DNA from: Gammaproteobacteria bacterium
GTDB lineage: Bacteria; Pseudomonadota; Gammaproteobacteria; Pseudomonadales; JAUIET01
Length of the DNA stretch: 64,000 bases
Assembly: GCA_030431775.1 (NCBI GenBank)
Contig: JAUIHW010000001.1
Location: 3,246-67,245 of the forward strand
Reading direction: 5' to 3'
Shown: positions 48,476-58,206 of the stretch, piece after piece
How positions within the stretch are numbered: position 1 is the stretch's first letter
How the letters are laid out: the number at the start of each line of letters is the position of its first letter
Notes under the pieces: model-generated
What the model was told of the DNA's origin: nothing
The model's input: the letters and a program-made list of their open reading frames with translations, nothing else
Databases searched by the model: none
Program-made: the position numbers and the translations under genes

Positions 48476-49488
48476 ATGTTCGCCAGCAAATCCACCCCCA
48501 TTTGCCGAAACAAATGGATCATGTCAACGAATACCCAGTTTTCGATCAGCTGATCACCTTCCCGTTTCCACCAGTCCAGGCCATTGACCGCAATGGGCCG
48601 ACCGCTTGCCGGCGTGCCGAGATAATCACCGCTGTGGGTGGCTCGCACCCCGGCCCAACCCGGCCCGCCCGAGTAGGCGCCTTCGGCGATCAGCGCGTCC
48701 AGGTTCTGTACCTGGCGGTCTGGGAAGGCGTGTAACCATGGCTGCTGGTGAAGCGTTTCGAATTCACTAAAACTCAGACAGGCGCCGATACCGCCCGGCC
48801 CGTACCATTTCAGGTTCGGGTGGAAGTAATCGGCCATGCCCATGCTGGTCAGGTCTTCCTGGTCAAAGGCGTTCAGCCCGTCGAAAATGAATGCCCGGAT
48901 ATGGGCGAGGGTGGCGGCGCTGTGGGCACTGTCCTTGGCCTCCAGTAGCACCCCGTCGGCCGCAGCCGGTGCGGGGTAGAGATGGTCCTTGCCGCGGCTG
49001 GGTGGCAATACCTGAATGCCGGCCTGTTGCAGCAAGTCGACCAGGTCCAGCAGGCAGTAGATTTCCACCGCGCGGCCACCTTCCATGCGATAGAACTCGC
49101 CCCAGCGAATTCGAACTGTTTTGCCATTGGCTGGAATGCCCAGGTAGTCAGCCCTGAATTCACCGTGCAGATAACCGGTTCCCGACACCCAGTAACGACC
49201 ATCCTTGCTTACGTCGCCGTCAATCCGACCATTCGACTCGCCGCCTATAAACAGGTGGGTTTCCCGTCTCAGCGGGCCAAAGGAGTCGCACAGTGGCTGC
49301 CAGAATTCCTGCAGCAGTGCTTGCCGGCCGTGCAGCTCATTGATGGGGTCCGGGCCGTGCCAAATGACATCCTCGCTCAACAGCGCCTCGCCCGCCCGGG
49401 CCACGGCACCTGGCTCCTGGCTGCTGTCAAGGGCCTGCCAGTAGGTCCACACGGCGAGTTTATTAGCCTGGTTCACGGTCTGGTCCAA
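48472..49488 (-). CDS. Tandem SnoaL/NTF2-like 'ester cyclase' protein
   Basis: Two repeats with W.GP, LG.PA.G and ENWVFVD; WYGPGGIG motif. Confidence 0.8.
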   Translation of the reverse strand: MDQTVNQANKLAVWTYWQALDSSQEPGAVARAGEALLSEDVIWHGPDPINELHGRQALLQEFWQPLCDSFGPLRRETHLFIGGESNGRIDGDVSKDGRYWVSGTGYLHGEFRADYLGIPANGKTVRIRWGEFYRMEGGRAVEIYCLLDLVDLLQQAGIQVLPPSRGKDHLYPAPAAADGVLLEAKDSAHSAATLAHIRAFIFDGLNAFDQEDLTSMGMADYFHPNLKWYGPGGIGACLSFSEFETLHQQPWLHAFPDRQVQNLDALIAEGAYSGGPGWAGVRATHSGDYLGTPASGRPIAVNGLDWWKREGDQLIENWVFVDMIHLFRQMGVDLLANI

Positions 49489-49541
49489 AGCGGTTCTCCT
49501 GAAGGGCTATAGGCAAGCAGGCGCAAAAGAGTTACACTATT

Positions 49542-49555
49542 TGCATTCGAAGTCA
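49542..49555. promoter_or_regulatory. Putative LacI operator
   Basis: TGCATTCGAAGTCA, identical to 45275-45288, in a divergent intergenic region. Confidence 0.75.
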
Positions 49556-49575
49556 ATCATTGCGGCGAAAGAGAC

Positions 49576-50097
49576 ATGGCTGGTGCACGTCCCGAACAAG
49601 CATTACTTACTGCAGATAATGACCACAGCCAGAGCGCGGCGACCCTGGCCACCATTGATGCCATGGTGGATGGCCTGAACGATCATGACATCGACGGCAT
49701 GGGCCGCTTTTTTGCGGAGAGTTTTCGCTGGATGGGCAATGCCGGTTGCGGCTTCAAAAACGGCTTGCGGGAATTCCAGGAAAACTGGCAGCGTCCTTTT
49801 CAGGCCGCTTTTTCTGACAAGGTTTGCATCGACGAGGCGCGCATTGTGCAGGGCCAGTGGGCCGCTGCATTTGGCCGGCAGGAAGCTGTGCACAGCGGGC
49901 GCTTTATGGGCATAGAACCGACTTTCAAGAAAGTTGAAATTCGTTACATGGATTTCTGGAAGGTGGTTGACGGTAAGATTGTCGATAACTGGGTTATGGT
50001 GGATTTCCCCCATGTGATGCAGCAGTTGGGGGTGGACCCGTTCGGCGGTGAAGGCTGGGAGCAGTACGACAGCGAAGCGCGACCGAGTGCCGTGTGA
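49576..50097 (+). CDS. Single-domain SnoaL-like protein
   Basis: HSGRFMGIEPT.K.VEIRYMDFWKV.DGKIVDNWVMVD. Confidence 0.85.
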   Translation: MAGARPEQALLTADNDHSQSAATLATIDAMVDGLNDHDIDGMGRFFAESFRWMGNAGCGFKNGLREFQENWQRPFQAAFSDKVCIDEARIVQGQWAAAFGRQEAVHSGRFMGIEPTFKKVEIRYMDFWKVVDGKIVDNWVMVDFPHVMQQLGVDPFGGEGWEQYDSEARPSAV

Positions 50098-50159
50098 GTG
50101 GAGGGCCTCGCTGCGAGCGACACCCAACTACCGATAAATGATAACAACGAGGTGAACGC

Positions 50160-51767
50160 ATGCCGGAATTTGGAGCGCTCAACTGGACTATTCTGATCAC
50201 GTATATCTGCGCCAACCTGCTGTTGGGCTACGTGCTCGGCAAGAAGATTGAATCGGCAGAAGATTTTTATCTCGGCAAACGCCAGACCCCCTGGTGGGCC
50301 ATCGGCATTTCGGTGGTGGCCACCTACGTCAGTGCCTTGTCCTTTCTGGGTGGCCCGGCCTGGGCGTATACCGATGGCATGTCGGTGATTTCCATTCACA
50401 TGAATTACCCCCTGGTGATCATTGCCGTGATCACACTGTTTTTGCCGTTCTTTTACAACAGTGGTGTGGCTTCCATTTATGAATACCAGGAACGCCGCTT
50501 TGGCGCCAAGTCGCGGTCAGTTATTTCAGCGATTTTCCTGGTGTCTCAGGCGTTCAGCTCGGCGGCCATTTTGTACGCCACGTCTTTAGTGTTAGAGTTT
50601 ATTACCGGTATAGACGTGATCACGGCCATTGTGATCGTCACCATTATCGCCTTGGTGTACACCTGGATGGGTGGTATCACCGCGGTGATCTGGACCGATG
50701 TGATTCAGGCCGTCATTCTGTTTCTTGGTGCCGGCATTATTTGCTATGCCTTGCTTACCCAACTGCCGGGTTCACTGCACGACAGCTTGCTGCAACTCAA
50801 GGCCGAAGGCAAAACCAATCCGCTGAACTTTAACTTTGACTTCACCGAAGTCACCACGGTGTGGTCCGGCGTAATTGCCATGACGATTTTCCACATTACG
50901 GTGTATGGCGTGAACCAGATGATGGCCCAGCGCACACTGGCCGCGCGCAACCTTGGCGAAGCAAAGAAATCCTATCTGCTGATGGGCTTTATAGCGTTTT
51001 TCATCTACTTTCTGTTTGTTTTTCTGGGTGTATTGTTTTACGCCTATTACGGTGGTAAGGAGTTTGAGAACGGCAATACCATTATTTTGCATTTCGCAGC
51101 CGACTACGGCTTGCCGGGCCTGATGGGTATTCTCGCAGCGGCGGTGATGGCGGCATCCATGTCCACGCTGGATTCCTCCTTCAATTCCATGGCCACCGTG
51201 TCGGTGGTGGATTTTTATCAGAAGTATTTCAAACGCGGCGCCAGTGACGAGCACTACCTGAAGGCATCACGGGTGTTTACCGTATTCTGGGCGCTGGTGA
51301 TCATTCTCCCGGCCATTATTTTTTCCAGAACCGAAGGCTCGATTCTGGAAACGCTCAGCAAAGTGGGCTCTTATTTTGTTGGTGCCAAGTTGGCGATGTA
51401 TGGCATGGGCTTTTTCTCCAAACACACCAGCGAGCGTGGTCTGCTGATTGGCGTGGTCGCGGGTTTTGCCGTGGTTTGGTTCGTGGCCACATCCACTGAC
51501 ATCGCCTGGCCCTGGTACACCCTGATTGGTGCGGCATGCAACATCGCCGTGGCCTGGCCGCTCAGCCTGCTATTGGACGGTCGCAAAAGTGAATGGTCAG
51601 AGTACAGTGTGCCCGGGCAAATCGCCAAATACCGCCTGCAGGGTTTGCAGGAACAGGAAAATGGCTGGTACCTGGTGCCGGGCAAGGTAGACACCATGAG
51701 CTATGTGCTGTTCGGCTATTTCCTGCTGTGCTTTGGCGCGCTGTACCTGTTTCACGCACTGATATGA
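50160..51767 (+). CDS. Sodium:solute symporter (SSS/SLC5)
   Basis: About 13 TM helices; SALSFLG.P, SIYEY.E.RFG, GGITAVIWTDVIQ and AASMSTLDS. Confidence 0.93.
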   Translation: MPEFGALNWTILITYICANLLLGYVLGKKIESAEDFYLGKRQTPWWAIGISVVATYVSALSFLGGPAWAYTDGMSVISIHMNYPLVIIAVITLFLPFFYNSGVASIYEYQERRFGAKSRSVISAIFLVSQAFSSAAILYATSLVLEFITGIDVITAIVIVTIIALVYTWMGGITAVIWTDVIQAVILFLGAGIICYALLTQLPGSLHDSLLQLKAEGKTNPLNFNFDFTEVTTVWSGVIAMTIFHITVYGVNQMMAQRTLAARNLGEAKKSYLLMGFIAFFIYFLFVFLGVLFYAYYGGKEFENGNTIILHFAADYGLPGLMGILAAAVMAASMSTLDSSFNSMATVSVVDFYQKYFKRGASDEHYLKASRVFTVFWALVIILPAIIFSRTEGSILETLSKVGSYFVGAKLAMYGMGFFSKHTSERGLLIGVVAGFAVVWFVATSTDIAWPWYTLIGAACNIAVAWPLSLLLDGRKSEWSEYSVPGQIAKYRLQGLQEQENGWYLVPGKVDTMSYVLFGYFLLCFGALYLFHALI

Positions 51768-52633
51768 GATTTGCCTGGCTTGCTCTAACGCTGATACTTG
51801 CTGCCTGCAGCGGCAGTCAGGAAAGCAGTGATTCCCTAAAGGCCTTGCGCCAGCTTGCCGCACAGCCCTCTGACGGTTTTCTGGCCATTCGCCAGCGTGC
51901 TCCCATCGCCGGGCTGCGAGCGGAAATTGCCAGCTACCGTGTTGATGACCTGGAAGTGCATGGCTTGCTGTTGCACCCTGCAGGCACGCAGCCAGCGGGT
52001 GGTTGGCCAGTGCTGGTGATGAACCATGGCTATGTGCCAACACCTGCGGACTACGGCTTGCGCAAGCAAACCGGCGAGCTGGACCGCCCGGGTGACTATT
52101 ACCGTGGCCTGCCATTAGCCTATGCCCGGCAGGGCTTGCTGGTTTTTTTGCCCGACTACCGCGGCCACGCGACATCGCAAGGTGAGGACTATCTGCAAAA
52201 AGATCACCCCACCCGGTGGTACTCTCGCGATGTAATAGCCGCCGTCAATTCGCTGCAATCGTTACCGCAGGCGAACTTGGACAGGCTGTACCTGTGGGGC
52301 CATTCAATGGGTGGGGCGATTACCCTCAACGCCGTGCACGCCCTTGGTGAGCGAGTGCGTGCAGCCAGTTTGTGGTCCGCTGCACGCAGTACACTGGCAC
52401 CACTGGAAGACACTGTGGCGAGTCAAGCGTTCTTCAGTGCCATCAGCGCCCGCGTCAATATTCATCATGCAGACGATGACCCGGTGACCGACTTTCGCTA
52501 TTCGGCAGAGGTGGCGGCGCAATTGTCGCCACCGCAGGTTGAGTTTTTTAGCTATGAATCCGAAGACCACCTGTTCACGGCTGATGACCTGAAACTGGCC
52601 ATACAACGTGATATTGATCTTTTCCTGGACTAG
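51764..52633 (+). CDS. Lipoprotein alpha/beta hydrolase (S9-like)
   Basis: Lipobox LAAC, NHG, PDYRGH, nucleophile elbow GHSMGG, DPV and DH. Confidence 0.8.
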   Translation: MRFAWLALTLILAACSGSQESSDSLKALRQLAAQPSDGFLAIRQRAPIAGLRAEIASYRVDDLEVHGLLLHPAGTQPAGGWPVLVMNHGYVPTPADYGLRKQTGELDRPGDYYRGLPLAYARQGLLVFLPDYRGHATSQGEDYLQKDHPTRWYSRDVIAAVNSLQSLPQANLDRLYLWGHSMGGAITLNAVHALGERVRAASLWSAARSTLAPLEDTVASQAFFSAISARVNIHHADDDPVTDFRYSAEVAAQLSPPQVEFFSYESEDHLFTADDLKLAIQRDIDLFLD

Positions 52634-52772
52634 GGTAGAGGGAACTATTGAATGGTCGTTCGCCTAACGAGGCTGGCAAGTTTGTGACAACGAGTGTCCT
52701 GTTGGTGGAATTCAACATAGGCCATCACCATCGCCACCCTAGCGCCGTGGATAAATCCATCGCCACTCTAAA

Positions 52773-52824
52773 AAAGAAACATATATATTGCTATTTATAG
52801 ATAAAGAAACTAATATATTTCTTT
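52773..52824. promoter_or_regulatory. Two AT-rich inverted repeats upstream of hipB (putative autoregulatory operators)
   Basis: AAAGAAA-N8-TTTCTTT (52803-52824) and a degenerate copy AAAGAAA-N8-TTGCTAT (52773-52794). Confidence 0.55.
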
Positions 52825-52839
52825 TAGAAGAAGCTATAT

Positions 52840-53175
52840 ATGGGTTTCATTGTGAGTTCACTGCTCGAGCAGATTAAAAAACGCCGTATTGCACTCGCAC
52901 TCAAGCAGCACGATATGATGCTGCGAGTGGGTATATCGCGCCAGCAATATCAGCGATTGGAATCTAAAGGCAATCCTCGCCTGGATACTCTTGAGCTTGT
53001 TGCAAAGGGGCTCAAAAGTGAATTGCTGCTGATACCTAAGGAAAAATTGAATGCTGTGTTGGCAGTGCTGGCCGCAGATAGCGCGGCAGCCACTCAGCAG
53101 AGCCAGTTGGACAAAAAAGGGAGCAATTCATTGGCCGATGATCCATGGCAGGGGTTGCTGGGAGAAAAGGATTGA
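52840..53175 (+). CDS. hipB: HipB-like XRE HTH antitoxin
   Basis: IKKRR..L.LKQ.....VGISRQQYQRLES.GNPRLDTL; the C-terminal tail contains a Trp (DDPW). The start may be the GTG at 52852. Confidence 0.8.
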   Translation: MGFIVSSLLEQIKKRRIALALKQHDMMLRVGISRQQYQRLESKGNPRLDTLELVAKGLKSELLLIPKEKLNAVLAVLAADSAAATQQSQLDKKGSNSLADDPWQGLLGEKD

Positions 53176-54449
53176 GCGCAGACACCAAAGATGAAGTGAA
53201 TGTATTACAGCTCTCAATTCACAGCGTGTTGATCGGTTATCTCGCAGGCTTTAAAAATGGCCGCAATGTGTTGAGCTTTGCAGGGTCATTCAAGAACGAC
53301 CCTGAGCGCCCGACATTCAGCCTGATTACGCACCCTAAGTTTCCGAATGCGGCCAAGCTCATGGCAGAGCCTTGGGCGCGGAATCATCGCTTGCATCCCG
53401 TGCTTGCAAATTTGCTGCCAGAAGGATCTATGCTCGAACTGATTGCGCAAGCTCTGAAAGTGCACATTGCAAATGAATTCCATATTCTTTCGCACCTTGG
53501 TGCCGATTTGCCCGGGGCCATTGAAGCCAGGCGAATGGAGCCGGAAGATGTTCCAGACCACGTGCTGAACACCCATGGAAAGGCTAAGGCGGTTAAGTTC
53601 GATAAAGTCTTTCAAGAAAACAACTTTTCCCTGGCTGGCGTGCAGATTAAGTTTTCGATGAAGGAAAATGATGGACGCTATCACTTATCCAAGGGTGATG
53701 TTCTGGGTGACTGGATCATCAAAACACCCTCAAATAAGCACCAGTTCGTACCACTGAACGAATACACGGCCATGTCTCTGGCCGCATTGGCTGGAGTTGA
53801 TATTCCCGAAATCAAACTTGTCGAGCTGGATAAGCTGGATAACTTGCCGCCGATTAATCTGCCAGGAGAGAAACAAGCATTTGCCATTAAGCGATTTGAT
53901 CGTAACGACGACCAACGCATTCACATGGAGGACTTTGCTCAAATTCTCGTGAAGTACCCCCATGAAAAATATTCTTCCGCCAATTATGAGAATATCGGCA
54001 AAATCATTTATGACTTTTCTGGCGACGGACTATCCGACGCGCAACAGTTCGCAAGGCGATTGCTGGTGAATATTCTCTTGGCGAACGGCGATGCGCATTT
54101 AAAGAATTGGAGCTTGGTATATCCCGACAAAATTACGCCACGACTTGCTCCCGCCTACGATATCGTAACTACCAGCGTCTATTTCGAAAACGAAACCCGA
54201 TACGCGCTCAACCTCGGTAAAACAAAAGAGTGGTACGCAGTCAGCATGGCGCACTTCAAGTTGTGGGCAGATAGGTCCGGCATTCCGTGGCGGGTAATCA
54301 AGCCCCATTTGGATGACGTGATGAACAAAGCAAGAGCGCAATGGCCGGAAGCTCTTAAAGTGTTACCAATGGACGATGCACACAAACAAGCGCTTCGAGC
54401 GCATTGGGGCAAGCTTCAGGAAGACTTTAGGATCGAAGCAAAAAAGTAA
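53172..54449 (+). CDS. hipA: HipA-family Ser/Thr kinase toxin
   Basis: NLLPEG, G.DLPGA, SLAGVQ.K, IIK, NE, RFDR, HMEDFAQ, NGDAHLKN.S and LAPAYD. Confidence 0.93.
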   Translation: MSADTKDEVNVLQLSIHSVLIGYLAGFKNGRNVLSFAGSFKNDPERPTFSLITHPKFPNAAKLMAEPWARNHRLHPVLANLLPEGSMLELIAQALKVHIANEFHILSHLGADLPGAIEARRMEPEDVPDHVLNTHGKAKAVKFDKVFQENNFSLAGVQIKFSMKENDGRYHLSKGDVLGDWIIKTPSNKHQFVPLNEYTAMSLAALAGVDIPEIKLVELDKLDNLPPINLPGEKQAFAIKRFDRNDDQRIHMEDFAQILVKYPHEKYSSANYENIGKIIYDFSGDGLSDAQQFARRLLVNILLANGDAHLKNWSLVYPDKITPRLAPAYDIVTTSVYFENETRYALNLGKTKEWYAVSMAHFKLWADRSGIPWRVIKPHLDDVMNKARAQWPEALKVLPMDDAHKQALRAHWGKLQEDFRIEAKK

Positions 54450-54570
54450 AGGTTGTCCCAGCGATCAGTTTATTAAGACACACCGAGTAATATACGGAGC
54501 ACGCGCTTAAACCTTCGGTGACCAGGTGTTCCTGAAATAGGGTAGGGAGAGTTCAGCAATGCCCACTCGT

Positions 54571-55995
54571 CTAGCGAGACTCAGATTCCATAAACAGTTC
54601 GACATCCCGTTCAATCAATAACGCTTGCCCGTCCTGAGTGCCGGGTGGAGAGAACCAGGCGTACTTGCTCGCCTTAATACTGTGGTTGGTGCCGCGGTAT
54701 GCATAAGGGTAAGCCCGGCCACCGGCCTGCTGAATGCGTTTCGCCAGGCTTTCATTCCAGGTTGGCAGTGAATAGTAATCACGGTCGGAGTAGTGCAGAT
54801 TCAAAGGCTCGGTAATAAAGCGTTCCGCAGCAAAGCCGCCAATGCGGTCCATGGCTGATTCAATGCGTTGGTCATGGCGCACTTTTAAGCGGCCGTCCGG
54901 CAAGGTGTCTATGCGGTAACTGGCGTCATTGATGTCGTTTACCTGGCGGTTAATAGCGGCGTACATTTCTTTGAGCTTGGTGTCCACGGCGTCGCGAACA
55001 GTGGCCACTGACCACACCTCTTTCTGCCAGGTCCACTCAGGGGAGCTCGGGTCAACGCTTTGGATCCAGTCGCTGGGGTAGGGGAACACAAAATTCGGGT
55101 TGACACGGCCGTCACGGCCGACCGCCGACCCGGTCCAGCGACCATCGCCGGCCATAAATGCCTGCAGTGTACTGCCCATGGGGCCATAGGTTTCCAGCTG
55201 GGTAAAGCGATGCGCAAAGCAACCGGCGGTGATGGATGCCGAGGCAATTTCATGGCGAAGTTGCGAGCCTTCGCCGGCAACCGCGAGAGCGGTCAGCACA
55301 GCGTCACCGCCCTGGGAATGGCCGGCGAGGTGCAGCCGGGACAGGTTGACCAGAGGCTGGTCGGCTGGGGTGCCGGCAAGGCGTTGCCAGCGCTCGGTAT
55401 TGAGGCTGTCGATGCTGTCCAGTAAATTCAGCACGTCAATGGTGTAGAACATCGGGCTCAGGTAACTGCCGTTGTCCCAGGCGTCGAGAAACTCAAGCCC
55501 GTCGGCCGCAACGCCGGCCACTCGGCCATGACCACGCAGGCCCGGCGTCAGCACCGCAAAGCCGGCTGCTCGATAAGTATGGATTGCCATTGCGCTGTAC
55601 GAGCCGGCCTGGCGGGCGAAATCCCAGCCCGGTGCGTCAGCTTTACCTACCCAGCCGTGCACATAAATCACCACCGGGTAACCGCCGTCGGGCGGTGGTG
55701 CAGCTGGCAAATCCAGCCGCGTGTAAAGGCGCAAGCCATCCGACTGATAGCTGGCCAGCAGCGCGGAGCCAGCGGCTTGCTCGGTGCCGGCGAAGGCTTG
55801 CAAATACTGCAACTCACTGCCGTAGCTGCGCGCGCGCAGCGCAGCAACACTCAGATCGGCCAGCGATTGCAATTGCGGCGTTGCCCAGGCTTGCTGAATG
55901 GGTGGCGCGGCGGGCCTGGTGAGAGCGCATGCCGACACGGCCAGCATAGCGACCACCAGGCAAGCCCGGATTGTTCTGTCTAAGGCTTGTCCCAC
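54571..55995 (-). CDS. Lipoprotein alpha/beta hydrolase
   Basis: Lipobox VSAC, VHGW, PGLRGHG and GHSQGG. Start placed at the GTG at 55995, which leaves the operator intergenic. Confidence 0.75.
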   Translation of the reverse strand: MGQALDRTIRACLVVAMLAVSACALTRPAAPPIQQAWATPQLQSLADLSVAALRARSYGSELQYLQAFAGTEQAAGSALLASYQSDGLRLYTRLDLPAAPPPDGGYPVVIYVHGWVGKADAPGWDFARQAGSYSAMAIHTYRAAGFAVLTPGLRGHGRVAGVAADGLEFLDAWDNGSYLSPMFYTIDVLNLLDSIDSLNTERWQRLAGTPADQPLVNLSRLHLAGHSQGGDAVLTALAVAGEGSQLRHEIASASITAGCFAHRFTQLETYGPMGSTLQAFMAGDGRWTGSAVGRDGRVNPNFVFPYPSDWIQSVDPSSPEWTWQKEVWSVATVRDAVDTKLKEMYAAINRQVNDINDASYRIDTLPDGRLKVRHDQRIESAMDRIGGFAAERFITEPLNLHYSDRDYYSLPTWNESLAKRIQQAGGRAYPYAYRGTNHSIKASKYAWFSPPGTQDGQALLIERDVELFMESESR

Positions 55996-56013
55996 AGTGG
56001 TGAAGCCAGTAAT

Positions 56014-56027
56014 TGCATTCGAATGCA
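56014..56027. promoter_or_regulatory. Putative LacI operator (perfect palindrome)
   Basis: TGCATTCGAATGCA between divergent genes. Confidence 0.8.
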
Positions 56028-56072
56028 TCATACGTTATTTTGCGCGTTCAGTCAGTGCAGAGCCCAGATTTT

Positions 56073-57116
56073 ATGATCGATTCGGAACGTCACCAAGCCA
56101 AGCAAGTCATACAACCGCTGAGGGCTGCTTTGTACAATTTCGACCGAGCGGCCTTAAGCCGCGCGGTGCAGAGTCAATTCACCCGGCAAGCGGTGATCCA
56201 GCTGGCGCACCCTTTCGAAACGTTGGACGGGCCAGAAGCCCTGCTCGAGCAGGCCTGGCTGCCACTGCAGGCGGCGCTGCCTGATCTAGAGCGTCGCGAC
56301 CTGATTGTGATGGCTGGGCCTGATCAGGATGGTCAACAGTGGCTTGGCTGCTGTGGCTATTACACCGGCTGCTTTGCTTATGACTTTCTGGAAATCCCAG
56401 CCACCGGCCACCAGGCTTCCCTGCGCTACCACGAGTTTTTCCGAGTGGTTGACGGCAAAATTGCCGAACTGCAGGCCCTGTGGGACATTCCGGAATTGAT
56501 GCTGCAGGCCGGTTGCTGGCCCATGGTGCCCAGCCTGGGTCGGGAATGGCATGTGCCGGGTCCGAGCACCCAGGATGGCCTGGCCATTGTTAATGACTCT
56601 GAGCAGCACGCGCAACGCAGTCTGCAACTGGTTGGCGACATGGTGGCAGGCTTGAGCCGTTTTGCCACCGGGGGCGTGGCCGCAATGGGGCTGGAGAAAT
56701 ACTGGCACCCGCATTGCAGTTGGTACGGTCCCGCTGGCATTGGCACCTGTCGGGGCATCAGCGGTTTTCGCAACTGGCACCAGATACCGTTTCTGAATGC
56801 AATACCGGACCGCCTGGGCTCGGGCGGGCATATGTTTGCCGATGGCGATTACGTTGGCTTCACCGCCTGGCCCAAGGCCATGGACGCCACCGTAACCGGT
56901 GACGGTTGGCTGGGCATTGCCCCGGCGGGGCAGAGGATTACATTGCGCAGCTTTGATTTTTGGCGTTGCGAGAACGGCCTGTTGCGGGAAAACTGGGTGC
57001 TGATCGATCTGCTGGATGTCTACCATCAACTCGGCGTCAATGTACTGGAACGCATGCGTGAGTTGAACAAGCCGCTTGCGGTGGCGCAGGCTTTGTGGCG
57101 GGAGAAGCATCAGTAG
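56073..57116 (+). CDS. Tandem SnoaL/NTF2-like protein
   Basis: IPATG, PGP.TQDG, WYGPAGIG, HQIPFL and ENWVLID. Confidence 0.8.
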   Translation: MIDSERHQAKQVIQPLRAALYNFDRAALSRAVQSQFTRQAVIQLAHPFETLDGPEALLEQAWLPLQAALPDLERRDLIVMAGPDQDGQQWLGCCGYYTGCFAYDFLEIPATGHQASLRYHEFFRVVDGKIAELQALWDIPELMLQAGCWPMVPSLGREWHVPGPSTQDGLAIVNDSEQHAQRSLQLVGDMVAGLSRFATGGVAAMGLEKYWHPHCSWYGPAGIGTCRGISGFRNWHQIPFLNAIPDRLGSGGHMFADGDYVGFTAWPKAMDATVTGDGWLGIAPAGQRITLRSFDFWRCENGLLRENWVLIDLLDVYHQLGVNVLERMRELNKPLAVAQALWREKHQ

Positions 57117-57177
57117 ATAACCTCCGGCGATAGATACTAGTTACAGGTCGCCAGGAACGAACAGCTAAGAGTCTATG

Positions 57178-58194
57178 TTAGTATCCGTTAGGCCCTTCGG
57201 TAGATGGAATGCGTGCAAACACATCCAGGCCCTGCTGCAGCAACCAGTAGGGTAAATCAATCAGCACCCAGTTCTCCGCCAGCTTGTCGCCTTCGCGGCG
57301 GTAAATATCCACCACGCGCATATCGGCACGGGTTTCGTTGCCGGGCAGGCCGAGAAAGCCACCGGTGGGTGTGTTGGTGAGGTTGGGCCAGCCGAAAAAC
57401 CCTGCGTAGTTGCCTTCGCCAAATCGGGCGATGTGGCCGTTGAATACCTTATCCTTCAGGTTGGTTCGGAACGGGTATTGGTGCTGTTGCTGATAGCGTG
57501 CAATCGTATAACTCGCTCCAATGCCCTCCGGCCCGTACCAGATCATGTCGTCGTGCCAGCAAGGCTGCAGGAATTCCGGTGGCACCAGTTGATCAGGCTG
57601 GTGGTTCAGTTCCAGCAGGTCGTTGACCATGCGATCAACCAGTGCCAGAGTTTTGCTGCCCTCGGCCGGGTTTTGTGCCGCGAACAGCAGGCCGTCGTGA
57701 GTGCGCGGGCCAGGGTAGATGAACGAGGCGCCGGTCTGTGGTGGCAGCGGGTAGACCCCGGCCTGGCGCATGACACTCAATAGGTCGCAAAAAAATCCGC
57801 TGCGGGTGATTTTGCCATCCTGCACACAGTTGAAGTCTGCGTAGCGGAGGAAGGCCATTTTTCGTGTGGCGGGAATTCCCAGCCAGTTGTCATCCAACAG
57901 GCCAAGAAAGTGGCCCATGCTGCACACCCATGTGCTGCCATCGGTTTCACTTTCCCCCGCAAAGAAGATGTCCATGCGGCGCTGAACTGGTGACCAGGCC
58001 TGCAGAAAAGGCTGCCAGAATACCTGCGCCACACCGCTTGCGTCGGTCTGCTCAGAAAAAGGGTGTACCCCGTACCACAGGTAGTTATCGGCCGTGTACT
58101 GGTCAATAACGCTGGCAATAGTGTGTTGGTCAGCGCTGTCCAGCGCGGAGTAATAATCGCGAACCAGTTGCTTGCTCGCTTGAAAATCGCTCAT
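57178..58194 (-). CDS. Tandem SnoaL/NTF2-like protein
   Basis: LGIPAT, PGPRTHDG, WYGPEGIG, HQYPF and ENWVLID. Confidence 0.8.
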   Translation of the reverse strand: MSDFQASKQLVRDYYSALDSADQHTIASVIDQYTADNYLWYGVHPFSEQTDASGVAQVFWQPFLQAWSPVQRRMDIFFAGESETDGSTWVCSMGHFLGLLDDNWLGIPATRKMAFLRYADFNCVQDGKITRSGFFCDLLSVMRQAGVYPLPPQTGASFIYPGPRTHDGLLFAAQNPAEGSKTLALVDRMVNDLLELNHQPDQLVPPEFLQPCWHDDMIWYGPEGIGASYTIARYQQQHQYPFRTNLKDKVFNGHIARFGEGNYAGFFGWPNLTNTPTGGFLGLPGNETRADMRVVDIYRREGDKLAENWVLIDLPYWLLQQGLDVFARIPSTEGPNGY

Positions 58195-58206
58195 TGCACC
58201 CCTTAT

